A stretch of 64,000 nt of DNA from NCBI GenBank assembly GCA_030549815.1, contig JAUQQQ010000002.1:111232-175231 (forward strand). Direction: 5' to 3'. The notes beneath the pieces are model-generated. The model was given only the letters and a program-made list of their open reading frames with translations, was not told where the DNA came from and ran no database searches. Shown piece by piece: positions 39,156 through 48,955 of the stretch. Numbering within the stretch: the stretch's first letter is position 1; each line of letters starts with the position of its first letter. The stretch is from a bacterium. Lineage in GTDB: Bacteria; DRYD01. The position numbers and the translations under genes are program-made.

Positions 39156-39490
39156 CAAAAATAAGAACCTGTATATTCTGCAAAAAAAAATTCAAACAAG
39201 AAAAAATGTTAAGAATATTCTTTATTAATTCTCCTATCCTATTTTACAATAAAAAAGCAATCGATCTAGAAAAACAAGAATACCTTAAAGACATAAAAAC
39301 AATATTCAAGAAAAAAAGTAGAAGTTTTTATATTTGTTTAGAATGTTTATTTAAAGAAAATTATCGAAAATCTGAACGAATAAGACAAATAAAATATGCT
39401 CTTTCAAAATTTAAGGATAATTCTATCAAAATCAATCCAGAATATCTATTTTCCAAAATTGAAGAACTAAAAACGAAAATTTTTATATAG
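39152..39490 (+). CDS. YlxR-like (DUF448) small protein
   Basis: KIRTCIFCKKKFKQEKMLRI and ..SRSFYICLEC fit the YlxR pattern R.C..C..K.EL.R / GRGAY.C..C. Confidence 0.4.
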   Translation: MTKIRTCIFCKKKFKQEKMLRIFFINSPILFYNKKAIDLEKQEYLKDIKTIFKKKSRSFYICLECLFKENYRKSERIRQIKYALSKFKDNSIKINPEYLFSKIEELKTKIFI

Positions 39491-39493
39491 AAC

Positions 39494-40099
39494 ATGATTG
39501 AGAAAATATTAGGAATCGATTTAGCAGGAAGTGAAAGAAGAAAAACAGGAATTACTTTCGTAAAAAATGAAAAACTGATCACTTTTGAAATTAATACAGA
39601 TAATGAAATTCTTGATATCATTGATTATGTTCAACCTAATCTCATTTGTATCGATGCACCATTGTCTATACCAGAAGGTAGAAAATCAATAGACGATAAA
39701 AGAGGAAAACACTTGAGAGAGTGCGATAAAATTCTTCTTAAAATGAAAATAAAATTCTTTCCCATTACATTAGGTCCTATGAGAATGCTAACAAAAAGAG
39801 CAATATTTCTATTACAAAAGATAGATAAAAATATAGAAACCATAGAAGTTTTCCCAGGAGCATTATATGATTCAATAAAAATAGGAAGAAAAAACAAAAT
39901 ACAAATCACAAAAACTTACAGTAAAATATTTGCAAAAATGAATGTATTTTTTGAAATACGAGAATATTCACAGGATGAATTAGACTCCATCGCCTGTTTT
40001 TTAACAGGAGTTTTATATAAACAAAATAAAACAATAATCCTTGAAGGTAAAGATGGAAAAATCGTTATCCCAATAAATGATTTTACCGAATATATTTAA
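39494..40099 (+). CDS. DUF429-family protein (predicted RNase H-fold nuclease)
   Basis: ILGIDLAGSE and ICIDAPLSIP, and RECDKIL motifs are characteristic of DUF429. Confidence 0.5.
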   Translation: MIEKILGIDLAGSERRKTGITFVKNEKLITFEINTDNEILDIIDYVQPNLICIDAPLSIPEGRKSIDDKRGKHLRECDKILLKMKIKFFPITLGPMRMLTKRAIFLLQKIDKNIETIEVFPGALYDSIKIGRKNKIQITKTYSKIFAKMNVFFEIREYSQDELDSIACFLTGVLYKQNKTIILEGKDGKIVIPINDFTEYI

Positions 40100-40102
40100 T
40101 CT

Positions 40103-40996
40103 TTAATAAAGAATCATCCAGATACCATAATTAAGTCTTGGTTCTATCCTTTTCGAGATAGAATTACCTCCCAAAATCTTTTCTAATGGTGTTTTTTTAT
40201 AGAGTTTTATCTCCACAAATTTCAGTTTATCATCCTTCAATATTTCCTTTGCTTTCTCTTTAGCATCATCAAGAACACCAACCTTATCAACAAGACCATA
40301 TTTAAGTGCAGTGTTAGAAGAAAAAACTCTTCCATCAGCTATTTCATATAATTCCTTTATTTGTGATTGTGTTTTGAAATTTCTATTTTCAGCAACGTCC
40401 CTAACAAATTGATAATAATACTCCATAACGAGTTGTTGAAAATATTCTTGTTGATCCTTGGAAAGAGGTTTAAAAGGACTAAGGCTATCTTTATACTTTC
40501 CACTTTTTATATTAATTATTCTCACTCCTATCTTATTCATCAAATCGTATACTTGTGGAACAGATATAATTACTCCAATACTGCCAACGATTGCCTGCGG
40601 GTTAGATACGATATAAGTTGAAGCGGAGGATAAATAGTATGCTCCAGATGCTCCCAAATTTTGGATGTAAGCAATTACAGGCTTTTGCTTTTTTAACTTT
40701 CTAATTTTATATGTTATTTCAAGGCTTGGTGCAGCCATCCCACCTGGACTATCAACTATCAACAAAACCCCTTTGTATTTTTTGCTCTTTTCTATTTTAT
40801 CCAGGACAGAAATAACTTGGTTTGAATTAACTGTTCCTTCCTCATCCTCAGTATTAGTTATTATACCTTGAATTCTTATAACAGCAACAGAATTATCAGA
40901 TTGGCCTTCCTCATCTTTGGGTATCAAAAAAATTAGAATCCCACAACCTATCAAAATAATAAAGAAAATTAAAAAGATCGTTTTTATAAATCTCAT
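40103..40996 (-). CDS. sppA: signal peptide peptidase SppA (36K type)
   Basis: N-terminal TM segment, YIQNLGASGAYYLSSAS and GSIGV (Ser/Lys dyad region). Confidence 0.85.
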   Translation of the reverse strand: MRFIKTIFLIFFIILIGCGILIFLIPKDEEGQSDNSVAVIRIQGIITNTEDEEGTVNSNQVISVLDKIEKSKKYKGVLLIVDSPGGMAAPSLEITYKIRKLKKQKPVIAYIQNLGASGAYYLSSASTYIVSNPQAIVGSIGVIISVPQVYDLMNKIGVRIINIKSGKYKDSLSPFKPLSKDQQEYFQQLVMEYYYQFVRDVAENRNFKTQSQIKELYEIADGRVFSSNTALKYGLVDKVGVLDDAKEKAKEILKDDKLKFVEIKLYKKTPLEKILGGNSISKRIEPRLNYGIWMILY

Positions 40997-41031
40997 TCTT
41001 ATACCTCCTTTATGTCATTAATAACACTTAT

Positions 41032-42207
41032 TTAATTAGAAAAAGTTCTTACATCTAATTTCATAGATAATATTTGTTCCAAATCTTTTATTATTCTTCC
41101 TTTTCTACCTATTATATCTTTTTTATGTTTTTCACTTACCCAAATTACAGCATATTTTTGATTGATTAACTCCACTTTGAATTTCTTATTGTCAAGTATT
41201 GCTCTTACACTATCTTCAACTTTTTTTATAATCTCCTCATTATTCTTTTGTATGTTTTTGGAAACGGGTACAATTATCGTTTGTTCTCCAAAAGTGTATA
41301 TTTCATATTCCAAATTATTATCTATGAAATTCCTTACTTCAACGACGGGACGAGCCAATCCAGGGTCCGCCATACCCTCGGGAACCTTAACCAATATATT
41401 AAGTGTAAGAACTTTGGCTATCTTACCTTTATCAACGAATATAACTGTATCAATAACATTAGGTATTACTCCCAGCTCTATCCTATGTATAAATCTCTGT
41501 ATTGCAGCAAAAGGGGACGTAGAATGGACAACGCCAACCATCCCAACACCAGCTAACCTCAAATCTATATACAAATTAAAATCCTCATCGTTTCTCATTT
41601 CATCAAATATCACATAATCGGGTCTTGAAAGTAATAAGATATCATATATCTCATTAATACTTGCATAGTTTTTGGAATACTGAGTTAGATCAGCCTCTAT
41701 GTATAGATCTCTTGGAGATTCCAGAGTTTTAACTATTTTTTTGTTTTTTGAGAAGTATTCGGTAAGAGCCTGAGCAAATGTAGTCTTACCCTGTCCAGGA
41801 GCACCCGCTATTAATAAACCCTCAACTTTTGCATTTATTCTTTCCTTGAGTTTTTCAAGCGAATTTTCACCATATTCCCTGAAGCTTTCCAAATATTCAT
41901 CCAAAGATAACTTCTTTATTGGCCTGACGCAAGTTATTTCTGTTTTATCAGAAACAGGTGGAAAAACTATAACTATCCTAAACCTCTCCAACTGAACAAC
42001 TTTTGTATACTGTCTATCTATTTCGACAACAGCTTTTGGGGAACTCAATATTTCATTGATTATTTCTCTAACCTCTTCTTCAGAAAATACTTTATCCTCT
42101 CTAATTAGTTTCCAATCAGCTGGTGTGCCCTCTTTTTTTAGAATATATCTATCAGCTTTTATATGAACACTTGTCGTTAATTTATTAAAAAGTTCCTCTA
42201 ACTTCAT
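41032..42207 (-). CDS. PilT/VirB11-superfamily-like P-loop ATPase with C-terminal KH domain
   Basis: Walker A GAPGQGKTT, Walker B VIFDE, a His-box-like GVVHSTSPFAAIQRF and a C-terminal KH-like IIGRKGRIIKDLEQI. Confidence 0.5.
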   Translation of the reverse strand: MKLEELFNKLTTSVHIKADRYILKKEGTPADWKLIREDKVFSEEEVREIINEILSSPKAVVEIDRQYTKVVQLERFRIVIVFPPVSDKTEITCVRPIKKLSLDEYLESFREYGENSLEKLKERINAKVEGLLIAGAPGQGKTTFAQALTEYFSKNKKIVKTLESPRDLYIEADLTQYSKNYASINEIYDILLLSRPDYVIFDEMRNDEDFNLYIDLRLAGVGMVGVVHSTSPFAAIQRFIHRIELGVIPNVIDTVIFVDKGKIAKVLTLNILVKVPEGMADPGLARPVVEVRNFIDNNLEYEIYTFGEQTIIVPVSKNIQKNNEEIIKKVEDSVRAILDNKKFKVELINQKYAVIWVSEKHKKDIIGRKGRIIKDLEQILSMKLDVRTFSN

Positions 42208-43043
42208 AGTTCTTTTGTGCTAAACAATAAATTACATATACTTAAGAAAAAGATAATATAAGAAATTCCATATATAAAGGCGAAAAATACATACCATGGA
42301 TTTAGAGGAATACCAGTAAAAACAACAGCTTGGGTTATATTAAAATAATCAAAATATGGAAATAAAAGTTTTATAAATAAGAGGATCTTCTGTAAAATCC
42401 CCTCAGATATTGTTGATACATAAAGAACAGATAACTCACTAAAAGTGTAAAAAAGAAGAGTTAATGTTATATTAACAGGAGCAGAAACATATATTGACAA
42501 AATCATTGTAAATGCCAAAATTATCATCGATTTTATTAACTGAAGTCCTAAAGCAGCAAAGATAATAAACATTAATTTTTTGGTATAAAAATAAACAATT
42601 AAAAAAGTTTCAAAACTAAAGAGCAAAAATGCAAAAAAAAGGAAAAAAGAAGTTCCTAAAAATTTCCCAATAAAATACTGATCCCTTGATAAAGGTTTAC
42701 TGATAAAAGTATATATTATTTTTCTTTCAATTTCAAAAGCAATGTTTGACACACCTAAACTTATTGCCAAAATTAATAATAATAATCCTATAAGAGTAAG
42801 AGAGATATCATAAAAAACCCGTTCCTGGAATTTTAATCCAAAAAAGTTAAATGTTGAACTTATAGCTACAAAAACCATCCCAAGAAACAGAATAGTATGA
42901 GGTAAAAATCTTCTAAACTCGAAATCTATCGTATATTTTGCGATAGTTATTATATTCTTCAAATCCATTCTATTTATTAGTATTCTCCCGAAACTTACTA
43001 TCTTCCTGCCTATTGGAAATTTAATAGAAAACAGATATAACAA
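42204..43043 (-). CDS. polytopic membrane protein (ABC-2-like permease fold?)
   Basis: At least six hydrophobic segments. Overlaps both neighbouring genes. Confidence 0.4.
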   Translation of the reverse strand: MLYLFSIKFPIGRKIVSFGRILINRMDLKNIITIAKYTIDFEFRRFLPHTILFLGMVFVAISSTFNFFGLKFQERVFYDISLTLIGLLLLILAISLGVSNIAFEIERKIIYTFISKPLSRDQYFIGKFLGTSFFLFFAFLLFSFETFLIVYFYTKKLMFIIFAALGLQLIKSMIILAFTMILSIYVSAPVNITLTLLFYTFSELSVLYVSTISEGILQKILLFIKLLFPYFDYFNITQAVVFTGIPLNPWYVFFAFIYGISYIIFFLSICNLLFSTKEL

Positions 43044-43572
43044 CAGGCAAAGCTAAAAAAATATAATTTTTATTTGCATCAAGAAAATTGTTAATATTTA
43101 CATTATAACTATCCTCGAAGATTGTAGATCCTGCTTTGTATATGGTCGCAAAAACAAGATTATTCTTATCAACAACTTCATATTCTAATAACTTCTTTCT
43201 ACGACACATAAAAACTAAATTCCTACCTTCGAAAATATTAAAACTAAAAACAATAGGTAAAAAAGAGCCAAAAGTTTCAATTCTATACAAATCATAAAAA
43301 TTTTCTTCAAAAGGATACTTCAAATAAATTGAACTCTTAAATTGATCTTTTACTAATTTAAAAGCAACATCGTCTCCTATTAAAAAATCAAACTCAATTT
43401 TACCAATAAGCCTAAAGGTAATAACATTAAGTATCTTTGAAAAAATATCTTTCGAGGAGTTATTTTTTATTTTCAAAATCGTTTGGTTAGATAACGGATC
43501 AATGATTAAACCATCTTTATTTAAATTACTAATTTTAACTAAGAAATTTTTTCTTCCAGAAAACATCATCAA
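43021..43572 (-). CDS. hypothetical protein
   Basis: ORF whose ends overlap both neighbours (translational coupling). Confidence 0.3.
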   Translation of the reverse strand: MMMFSGRKNFLVKISNLNKDGLIIDPLSNQTILKIKNNSSKDIFSKILNVITFRLIGKIEFDFLIGDDVAFKLVKDQFKSSIYLKYPFEENFYDLYRIETFGSFLPIVFSFNIFEGRNLVFMCRRKKLLEYEVVDKNNLVFATIYKAGSTIFEDSYNVNINNFLDANKNYIFLALPVVISVFY

Positions 43573-44654
43573 TAACTTCTATTAACAAGAGAATATACCA
43601 AATTGCGTAAAGCACCTCCAAAAAATGAATCAAAATTAATTTTATTAAGAACTTCACTAAATCTATCCATATCCATAAATTCATTAGTTTTTTGGAAAGA
43701 ATTAAGAATAATACTTTTATTATTTTTTATTAATTTTCTAACAAATCCTGAAAATGATGAAGGATTTTTTAACCATATCTTTCTCATCTTTTCCTTATCA
43801 TTATTCGACAATAGAACTATCAGGGGATAAGTAACTCTACCACTTAATAGATCATTGTTAGAATCCTTTTTTAATATTTTCTCATCTTGAGTATAATCAA
43901 GCAAATCATCCACTATTTGGAAAGCAACTCCAAACTTATCAAAAATCTCTGCTAATAAAACAGAAATTGCTTCATCATAATTAATATTTAAGTATTTACA
44001 AGACAAATGGTAAGCAATTTTACTTATTGCACCAAATAAAACACCCGTTTTCAAAGAAAGTATCCTAAAGTATTCTTTCTCATCCAAGAAAACGTTAAAT
44101 TTATTTTGATATTGTAAGATTTCTCCTAAACACATATTTTTCAAAGCTTCCATCAAAATTTTGGAATAAATTGGTTCTACCTCAAAAGCTTTATTCAAAA
44201 CAGAAATAATAAGTATATCACCAAATATAATAGCTCCATCAATACCAAATTTCACATGAACAGCATCTTTTCCTCTTCTCTTTTTAGCCCCATCAAGTAT
44301 ATCATCATGAACCAATGTAGCAGAATGAGACAATTCAAAAACAGCTCCCAATGTAAATAACCTATCCCAGAAATCATAATCAAAATCAAATACATCTTTA
44401 CTATTACCTCTTATCATTCCTAAAACAAATAGATAAAAAAATGAGGAACGAAGCATCTTTCCACTGTAAACAATATATTCATTTATCCTTTCTAACAACC
44501 AATTCTCCTTACTAAAATCAGTAATCCTTTTAAAATAGTCAATCGTATATTTTCTTAGATCCGAAATAAACAAAATCAAATTTACTTCATCACCTATATC
44601 TTTGAACCTATTTAAGTATTCCAAATCTATTTTTTCACTTACTAAATTACCCAT
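43569..44654 (-). CDS. polyprenyl diphosphate synthase (trans-isoprenyl diphosphate synthase family)
   Basis: FARM LVHDDILDGAKKRRG and SARM FQIVDDLLDY. Confidence 0.85.
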   Translation of the reverse strand: MGNLVSEKIDLEYLNRFKDIGDEVNLILFISDLRKYTIDYFKRITDFSKENWLLERINEYIVYSGKMLRSSFFYLFVLGMIRGNSKDVFDFDYDFWDRLFTLGAVFELSHSATLVHDDILDGAKKRRGKDAVHVKFGIDGAIIFGDILIISVLNKAFEVEPIYSKILMEALKNMCLGEILQYQNKFNVFLDEKEYFRILSLKTGVLFGAISKIAYHLSCKYLNINYDEAISVLLAEIFDKFGVAFQIVDDLLDYTQDEKILKKDSNNDLLSGRVTYPLIVLLSNNDKEKMRKIWLKNPSSFSGFVRKLIKNNKSIILNSFQKTNEFMDMDRFSEVLNKINFDSFFGGALRNLVYSLVNRSY

Positions 44655-46482
44655 TCACTATTCCATCCAATTCATTGTAGATATGCTTTATTTTTTCTTC
44701 CACTTCCTGAAGAGTAATAAAAATAGATAAACTATCAAAAAGTTTTGAAATGAATTCAGAATTAATTTTTTTATTTGAAATCGTCTTAGGAAAATTTGGA
44801 TTAACTTTAATTTCTACTAAACCTTCTTTTATCTTATTTCCGATTACAATACAAATGGGAATTCCGATTAACTCCCAATCCTTAAATTTAGTTCCAGCAG
44901 ATTCTTTCCTGTCATCCCACAAAACTTCAAAATTACTCAAACCATTATAAATATTATCAGAAATCTTATACTGTGCTTCATCATCCATATTAATTGTTAT
45001 CAAATAGACAAAAAATGGAGCAGAATTAAAAGTCCAAGTCATAGAATTTTCAGAAGAATAAGCTTCCAATATTGCAGAAATTATCCTACTAACACCTATT
45101 CCATAGCATCCCATTATCATTGGCTTAATCTTACCATCCTTATCAGCAAAATAAGCTTTCAAAGGCTCACTGTATTTTGTTCCCAATTTGAATATATGCC
45201 CTAATTCAAGAGCAGGAAAAATTCTATATTCTTCCCCACACTTAACACACTTATCCCCATCAATAACTGTCGAAACATCCGCAAATGAATCAATTTCAAT
45301 ATTGTCAAAATCAATTCCTACAAAATGGTAATCCTTCTCATTAGCACCTACAATAACATCTTTCAAACCATACACAGAGAAATCCGCTATAATCTTTAAG
45401 TCAATCTCATCACTTAGTTTCTTCTCATTTTTCAAAAACAAGATTTTATCTTTCAAATTCAAAGGTCCAATAAATCCAATAACACTTCCTAATCTATCAA
45501 AATCATCTTCCTTAGCCATTGAAATTTCTTCCATAATTTTCAATTCATTCTTGATGTATTTTTCTAACTTTATTTCGTTAACTTCTTTATCTCCCCTTAC
45601 CAAGACAAGTATATAAGTTGAACCAACCCTATACAGAACACTTTTAACAAAATTTTGAGGTTTTTTACCAAGAAAATTAACAAGTTGCTCAACAGAACTA
45701 ACAGAAGGAGTATGAACTTTATTTAATTTATCAATTGGTTTATACTTATAATTGATTTCAGGTTTTTTGATCTGTGCTATTTCAGTACTTGCAGCATATC
45801 CGCAATTAGTACATTTTACGAATTTATCTTCCCCTGCCTCAGTTACAACCATAAATTCGTGTGATACATCTCCACCTATTGGCCCAGAAAAAGCTTCCAC
45901 AGATTCAACAGGAATCGACAACCTTTCGAAAATTCTGACATAAGCTTGATAAACATCTTGATATGTTTTATCTAAGCATTCCCAATTAGTATGAAAACTA
46001 TATAAATCTTTCATTATGAATTCTCTTGCTCTAACTAACCCACCTTTTGGTCTTATTTCGTCTCTAAATTTAACTTGTATCTGATAAAGCAACAAAGGTA
46101 AATTTTTATAACTCTTGACGAATTTAGAAACTATATCAGTTATTATTTCTTCATGGGTTGTTCCAAGTACCATGTTTGCGCCTTTTTTATCTTGTAGCTT
46201 AAACATTACGTTATCCATTGTTTGCCATCTTCCGGTTTTTTCCCACAGATCTGAGGGATGCAAAGCAGGCATAAGAACTTGTAATGCTCCAATCCTATCC
46301 ATTTCTTCTTCAATAACCTTCCAAACTTTTTTCAAAACCCTAAACCCAATAGGAAGAAAATTATAAATACCAGAGGAAAGCTGAGAAATAAAACTACCTC
46401 TAATTAACAAAGAATGGCTAATATTAATAGCTCCAGCAGGATTCTCTTTACTGGTAAATAAAAAATATTTGCTATACCTCAT
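44647..46482 (-). CDS. proS: proline--tRNA ligase ProS (bacterial type with editing insertion)
   Basis: MRYSKYFLFTSKENPAGAINISHSLLIRG..SGIYNFLPIGFRVL N-terminus, with class II motifs. 611 aa. Confidence 0.9.
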   Translation of the reverse strand: MRYSKYFLFTSKENPAGAINISHSLLIRGSFISQLSSGIYNFLPIGFRVLKKVWKVIEEEMDRIGALQVLMPALHPSDLWEKTGRWQTMDNVMFKLQDKKGANMVLGTTHEEIITDIVSKFVKSYKNLPLLLYQIQVKFRDEIRPKGGLVRAREFIMKDLYSFHTNWECLDKTYQDVYQAYVRIFERLSIPVESVEAFSGPIGGDVSHEFMVVTEAGEDKFVKCTNCGYAASTEIAQIKKPEINYKYKPIDKLNKVHTPSVSSVEQLVNFLGKKPQNFVKSVLYRVGSTYILVLVRGDKEVNEIKLEKYIKNELKIMEEISMAKEDDFDRLGSVIGFIGPLNLKDKILFLKNEKKLSDEIDLKIIADFSVYGLKDVIVGANEKDYHFVGIDFDNIEIDSFADVSTVIDGDKCVKCGEEYRIFPALELGHIFKLGTKYSEPLKAYFADKDGKIKPMIMGCYGIGVSRIISAILEAYSSENSMTWTFNSAPFFVYLITINMDDEAQYKISDNIYNGLSNFEVLWDDRKESAGTKFKDWELIGIPICIVIGNKIKEGLVEIKVNPNFPKTISNKKINSEFISKLFDSLSIFITLQEVEEKIKHIYNELDGIVNG

Positions 46483-47207
46483 GAAACCACCGTTTCAAAT
46501 TTTCTTATTCTTTTTCCTTTAGATTCAAGGAATTTGGGCATATCAAACCTTCTGGTTTTTGATATTTCTTTATTTTTCATATACAAAGCACCCGTGGGAC
46601 ATACCATCACACACTTTCCACAACTAATACAAGTAGAAGATTCACCCCATTTATCATCAAAATCAATTATTATCCTCGAATTAGCTCCCATATTTTTAAC
46701 ATCCAATGTATGTGGCCCCGCATATTCATGACAAATCCTAACACACCTAAAACATAATATACACCTATTATGATCAATAACATAGAGCTTATGTGTATCA
46801 TCAACAGGAATATTTTCTTCATTATAATCAACTAATCTACCGTTTATCTCAAATATTTTATACTTCCAATTTTGTAGATCACAATACCCATCAGCTAAAC
46901 ACACATAACAGGGATGTGGTCTTTCCCCAAACAAAAACTCTGTTAAATACTTTCTATAAATTTTTAGTTTTTCAGTGTTTGTATAAACATGCATACCATC
47001 AAATGGTTTTGTTATGCAAGAAGAAACAGGACGTCTAAAACCTTTCACTTCAACAATACACATCCTACAAGCACCAATCGGAGTTAAACCATCCAGATGA
47101 CAACCCACAGGAATATACTTTCCTAAACTGCTAATTATCGAATACAAAGTTTGATTACTTTGTTCTTCATTTAACTCTATTTCTTGATCATCTATAAATA
47201 TCTTCAT
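46479..47207 (-). CDS. NuoG/HydA-N-terminal-like iron-sulfur protein (2Fe-2S plus 2x 4Fe-4S ferredoxin)
   Basis: C..CRMC..C 2Fe-2S, then CILCFRCVRIC and CISCGKCVMVCP. Confidence 0.65.
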   Translation of the reverse strand: MKIFIDDQEIELNEEQSNQTLYSIISSLGKYIPVGCHLDGLTPIGACRMCIVEVKGFRRPVSSCITKPFDGMHVYTNTEKLKIYRKYLTEFLFGERPHPCYVCLADGYCDLQNWKYKIFEINGRLVDYNEENIPVDDTHKLYVIDHNRCILCFRCVRICHEYAGPHTLDVKNMGANSRIIIDFDDKWGESSTCISCGKCVMVCPTGALYMKNKEISKTRRFDMPKFLESKGKRIRKFETVVS

Positions 47208-47218
47208 AATTCCCCCCG

Positions 47219-48934
47219 CTATAGCTGTATTATTTGCAAATACTCACCTATCGATTTAGAAAACGAATGAAAATTAATCACACTCAAATTCTTGGAAAAA
47301 CTATTTAATAAATAGGAAATTGCTTTGGGAATATATTCTATGAACAAGGACGGATTTGAGGATATGAAAGAATTATCTTTTTTTGCTAATTGCCCAGCTA
47401 AACCATGTATAAATACAGCATTATTAACAGCGCTCAATATTGGATCATGGATATTTTTATTAATATTAAAATTATAAGCTGCTATAAAAGCAGCAATCAT
47501 ACCAGCTAAAACATCCCCACTACCAGCTTTTGCCAATGCCAAGCCATTTGTCAAATTAATATAAACATTATCAACCCCATCAAAATAACAAATAAACGTA
47601 GGATTACCCTTAGAAACAACCAAACTATTCGGAATAAAATTTGCTAATCTACTAGAATTATTTAATCTATCAATATCATCAACAACAGAAGCCTTAACTT
47701 TAGAGGATAATTTAGAGAAGAAACTTGTTAATTCCCCTGGATGAGGAGTTAAAACAATCTTTCTTAAATTTGTTTTAAAATCATTCTTGTTTGCTATAAA
47801 ATAATCATAAAACATGTGTAATCCCGTTCCATCAATAACCAAAACACCATTAAAATTATTGATAATGTGCTTCAATATATTGAAATTGACTTGGTTATCC
47901 TCTATCCCATTACCAAAAAGTATAACCTGAACCTTAGAATAATAACTACTAAGTATTTCTTCAAAATTGTTTTTATCATATGCTTCAACTATTTCCTCAG
48001 TTGTTTTAGAAGAAATGATATTATGTATAGATTTATCAACCATTAAGTAGACCATACCTGCGCCAGAGTATAGGGCTGCTTTAGATGCCAAAACAGGGGC
48101 ACCCGTATATTTATGGCTCCCACCAATGATAAGAACATTACCTAACCTATTTTTGTAGTAGTTGGGAGGGAAATACTGAATAGAATCAGCAACTTCAAAC
48201 GGCAAAATAACGTTTAAATTAGGATTTTCTTTTTTGTTTATGTAAGGTATAGAAATATTTGCAAGTACCAATTTACCAACGTATAGGTAAGAAGGATATA
48301 AGAATAATCCCAATTTTGGATAAGCAAAAGTAACAGTTGTAGTTGCTCTTATCGGCTCAGTAGCAAAAAATTTACCCGTATCAACATCTAAACCACTTGG
48401 AACATCAACACTAATAATAACATTAGCAAATTTATTTACCGTTTGTATTATTCTATCATAAAATTTTCCGATATCAGATTTAACTCCTATACCTGTTAAA
48501 GCGTCAACAACAACCTGAGAGAAACCTATATCAACAGTTAATTTCTTAATAAAATTTTCCTGTTCATTTTCATCATCTTCCGATTCTTCTAAATAAACAA
48601 TTGGTACTTTTAAATTTTTAAGTATATTGAATTGAGTAAGAGAATCGGATTTCAATTTACTAATTTTAGAAGCGATATAAACTTTTACGGGTATATTTCT
48701 TAAAAACAGGTGTCGTGCAATAGCCATTCCATCCCCACCATTATTTCCACTTCCACAAACAACTAACACTCCAAGTCTTGCAATATCTAAATAATTGTTG
48801 TGAATAACTTCAACTACAGAAAGAGCAGCGTTCTCCATTAACACAACAGAAGGAATCTTTATCTTTTCAATTGATTCCTTATCGATTTCCTGCATTTGTT
48901 TTCTTGTCAAAACTTTCATAAAAATCCACCTCAA
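47219..48934 (-). CDS. nnr: bifunctional NAD(P)H-hydrate repair enzyme Nnr (epimerase + ADP-dependent dehydratase)
   Basis: YjeF-N motif VVCGSGNNGGDG and C-terminal AKAGSGDVLAGMIAAF. The start may be the internal Met at MKVLTRKQ. Confidence 0.85.
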   Translation of the reverse strand: MRWIFMKVLTRKQMQEIDKESIEKIKIPSVVLMENAALSVVEVIHNNYLDIARLGVLVVCGSGNNGGDGMAIARHLFLRNIPVKVYIASKISKLKSDSLTQFNILKNLKVPIVYLEESEDDENEQENFIKKLTVDIGFSQVVVDALTGIGVKSDIGKFYDRIIQTVNKFANVIISVDVPSGLDVDTGKFFATEPIRATTTVTFAYPKLGLFLYPSYLYVGKLVLANISIPYINKKENPNLNVILPFEVADSIQYFPPNYYKNRLGNVLIIGGSHKYTGAPVLASKAALYSGAGMVYLMVDKSIHNIISSKTTEEIVEAYDKNNFEEILSSYYSKVQVILFGNGIEDNQVNFNILKHIINNFNGVLVIDGTGLHMFYDYFIANKNDFKTNLRKIVLTPHPGELTSFFSKLSSKVKASVVDDIDRLNNSSRLANFIPNSLVVSKGNPTFICYFDGVDNVYINLTNGLALAKAGSGDVLAGMIAAFIAAYNFNINKNIHDPILSAVNNAVFIHGLAGQLAKKDNSFISSNPSLFIEYIPKAISYLLNSFSKNLSVINFHSFSKSIGEYLQIIQL

Positions 48935-48955
48935 AACATTAATTAAATTTTATAG

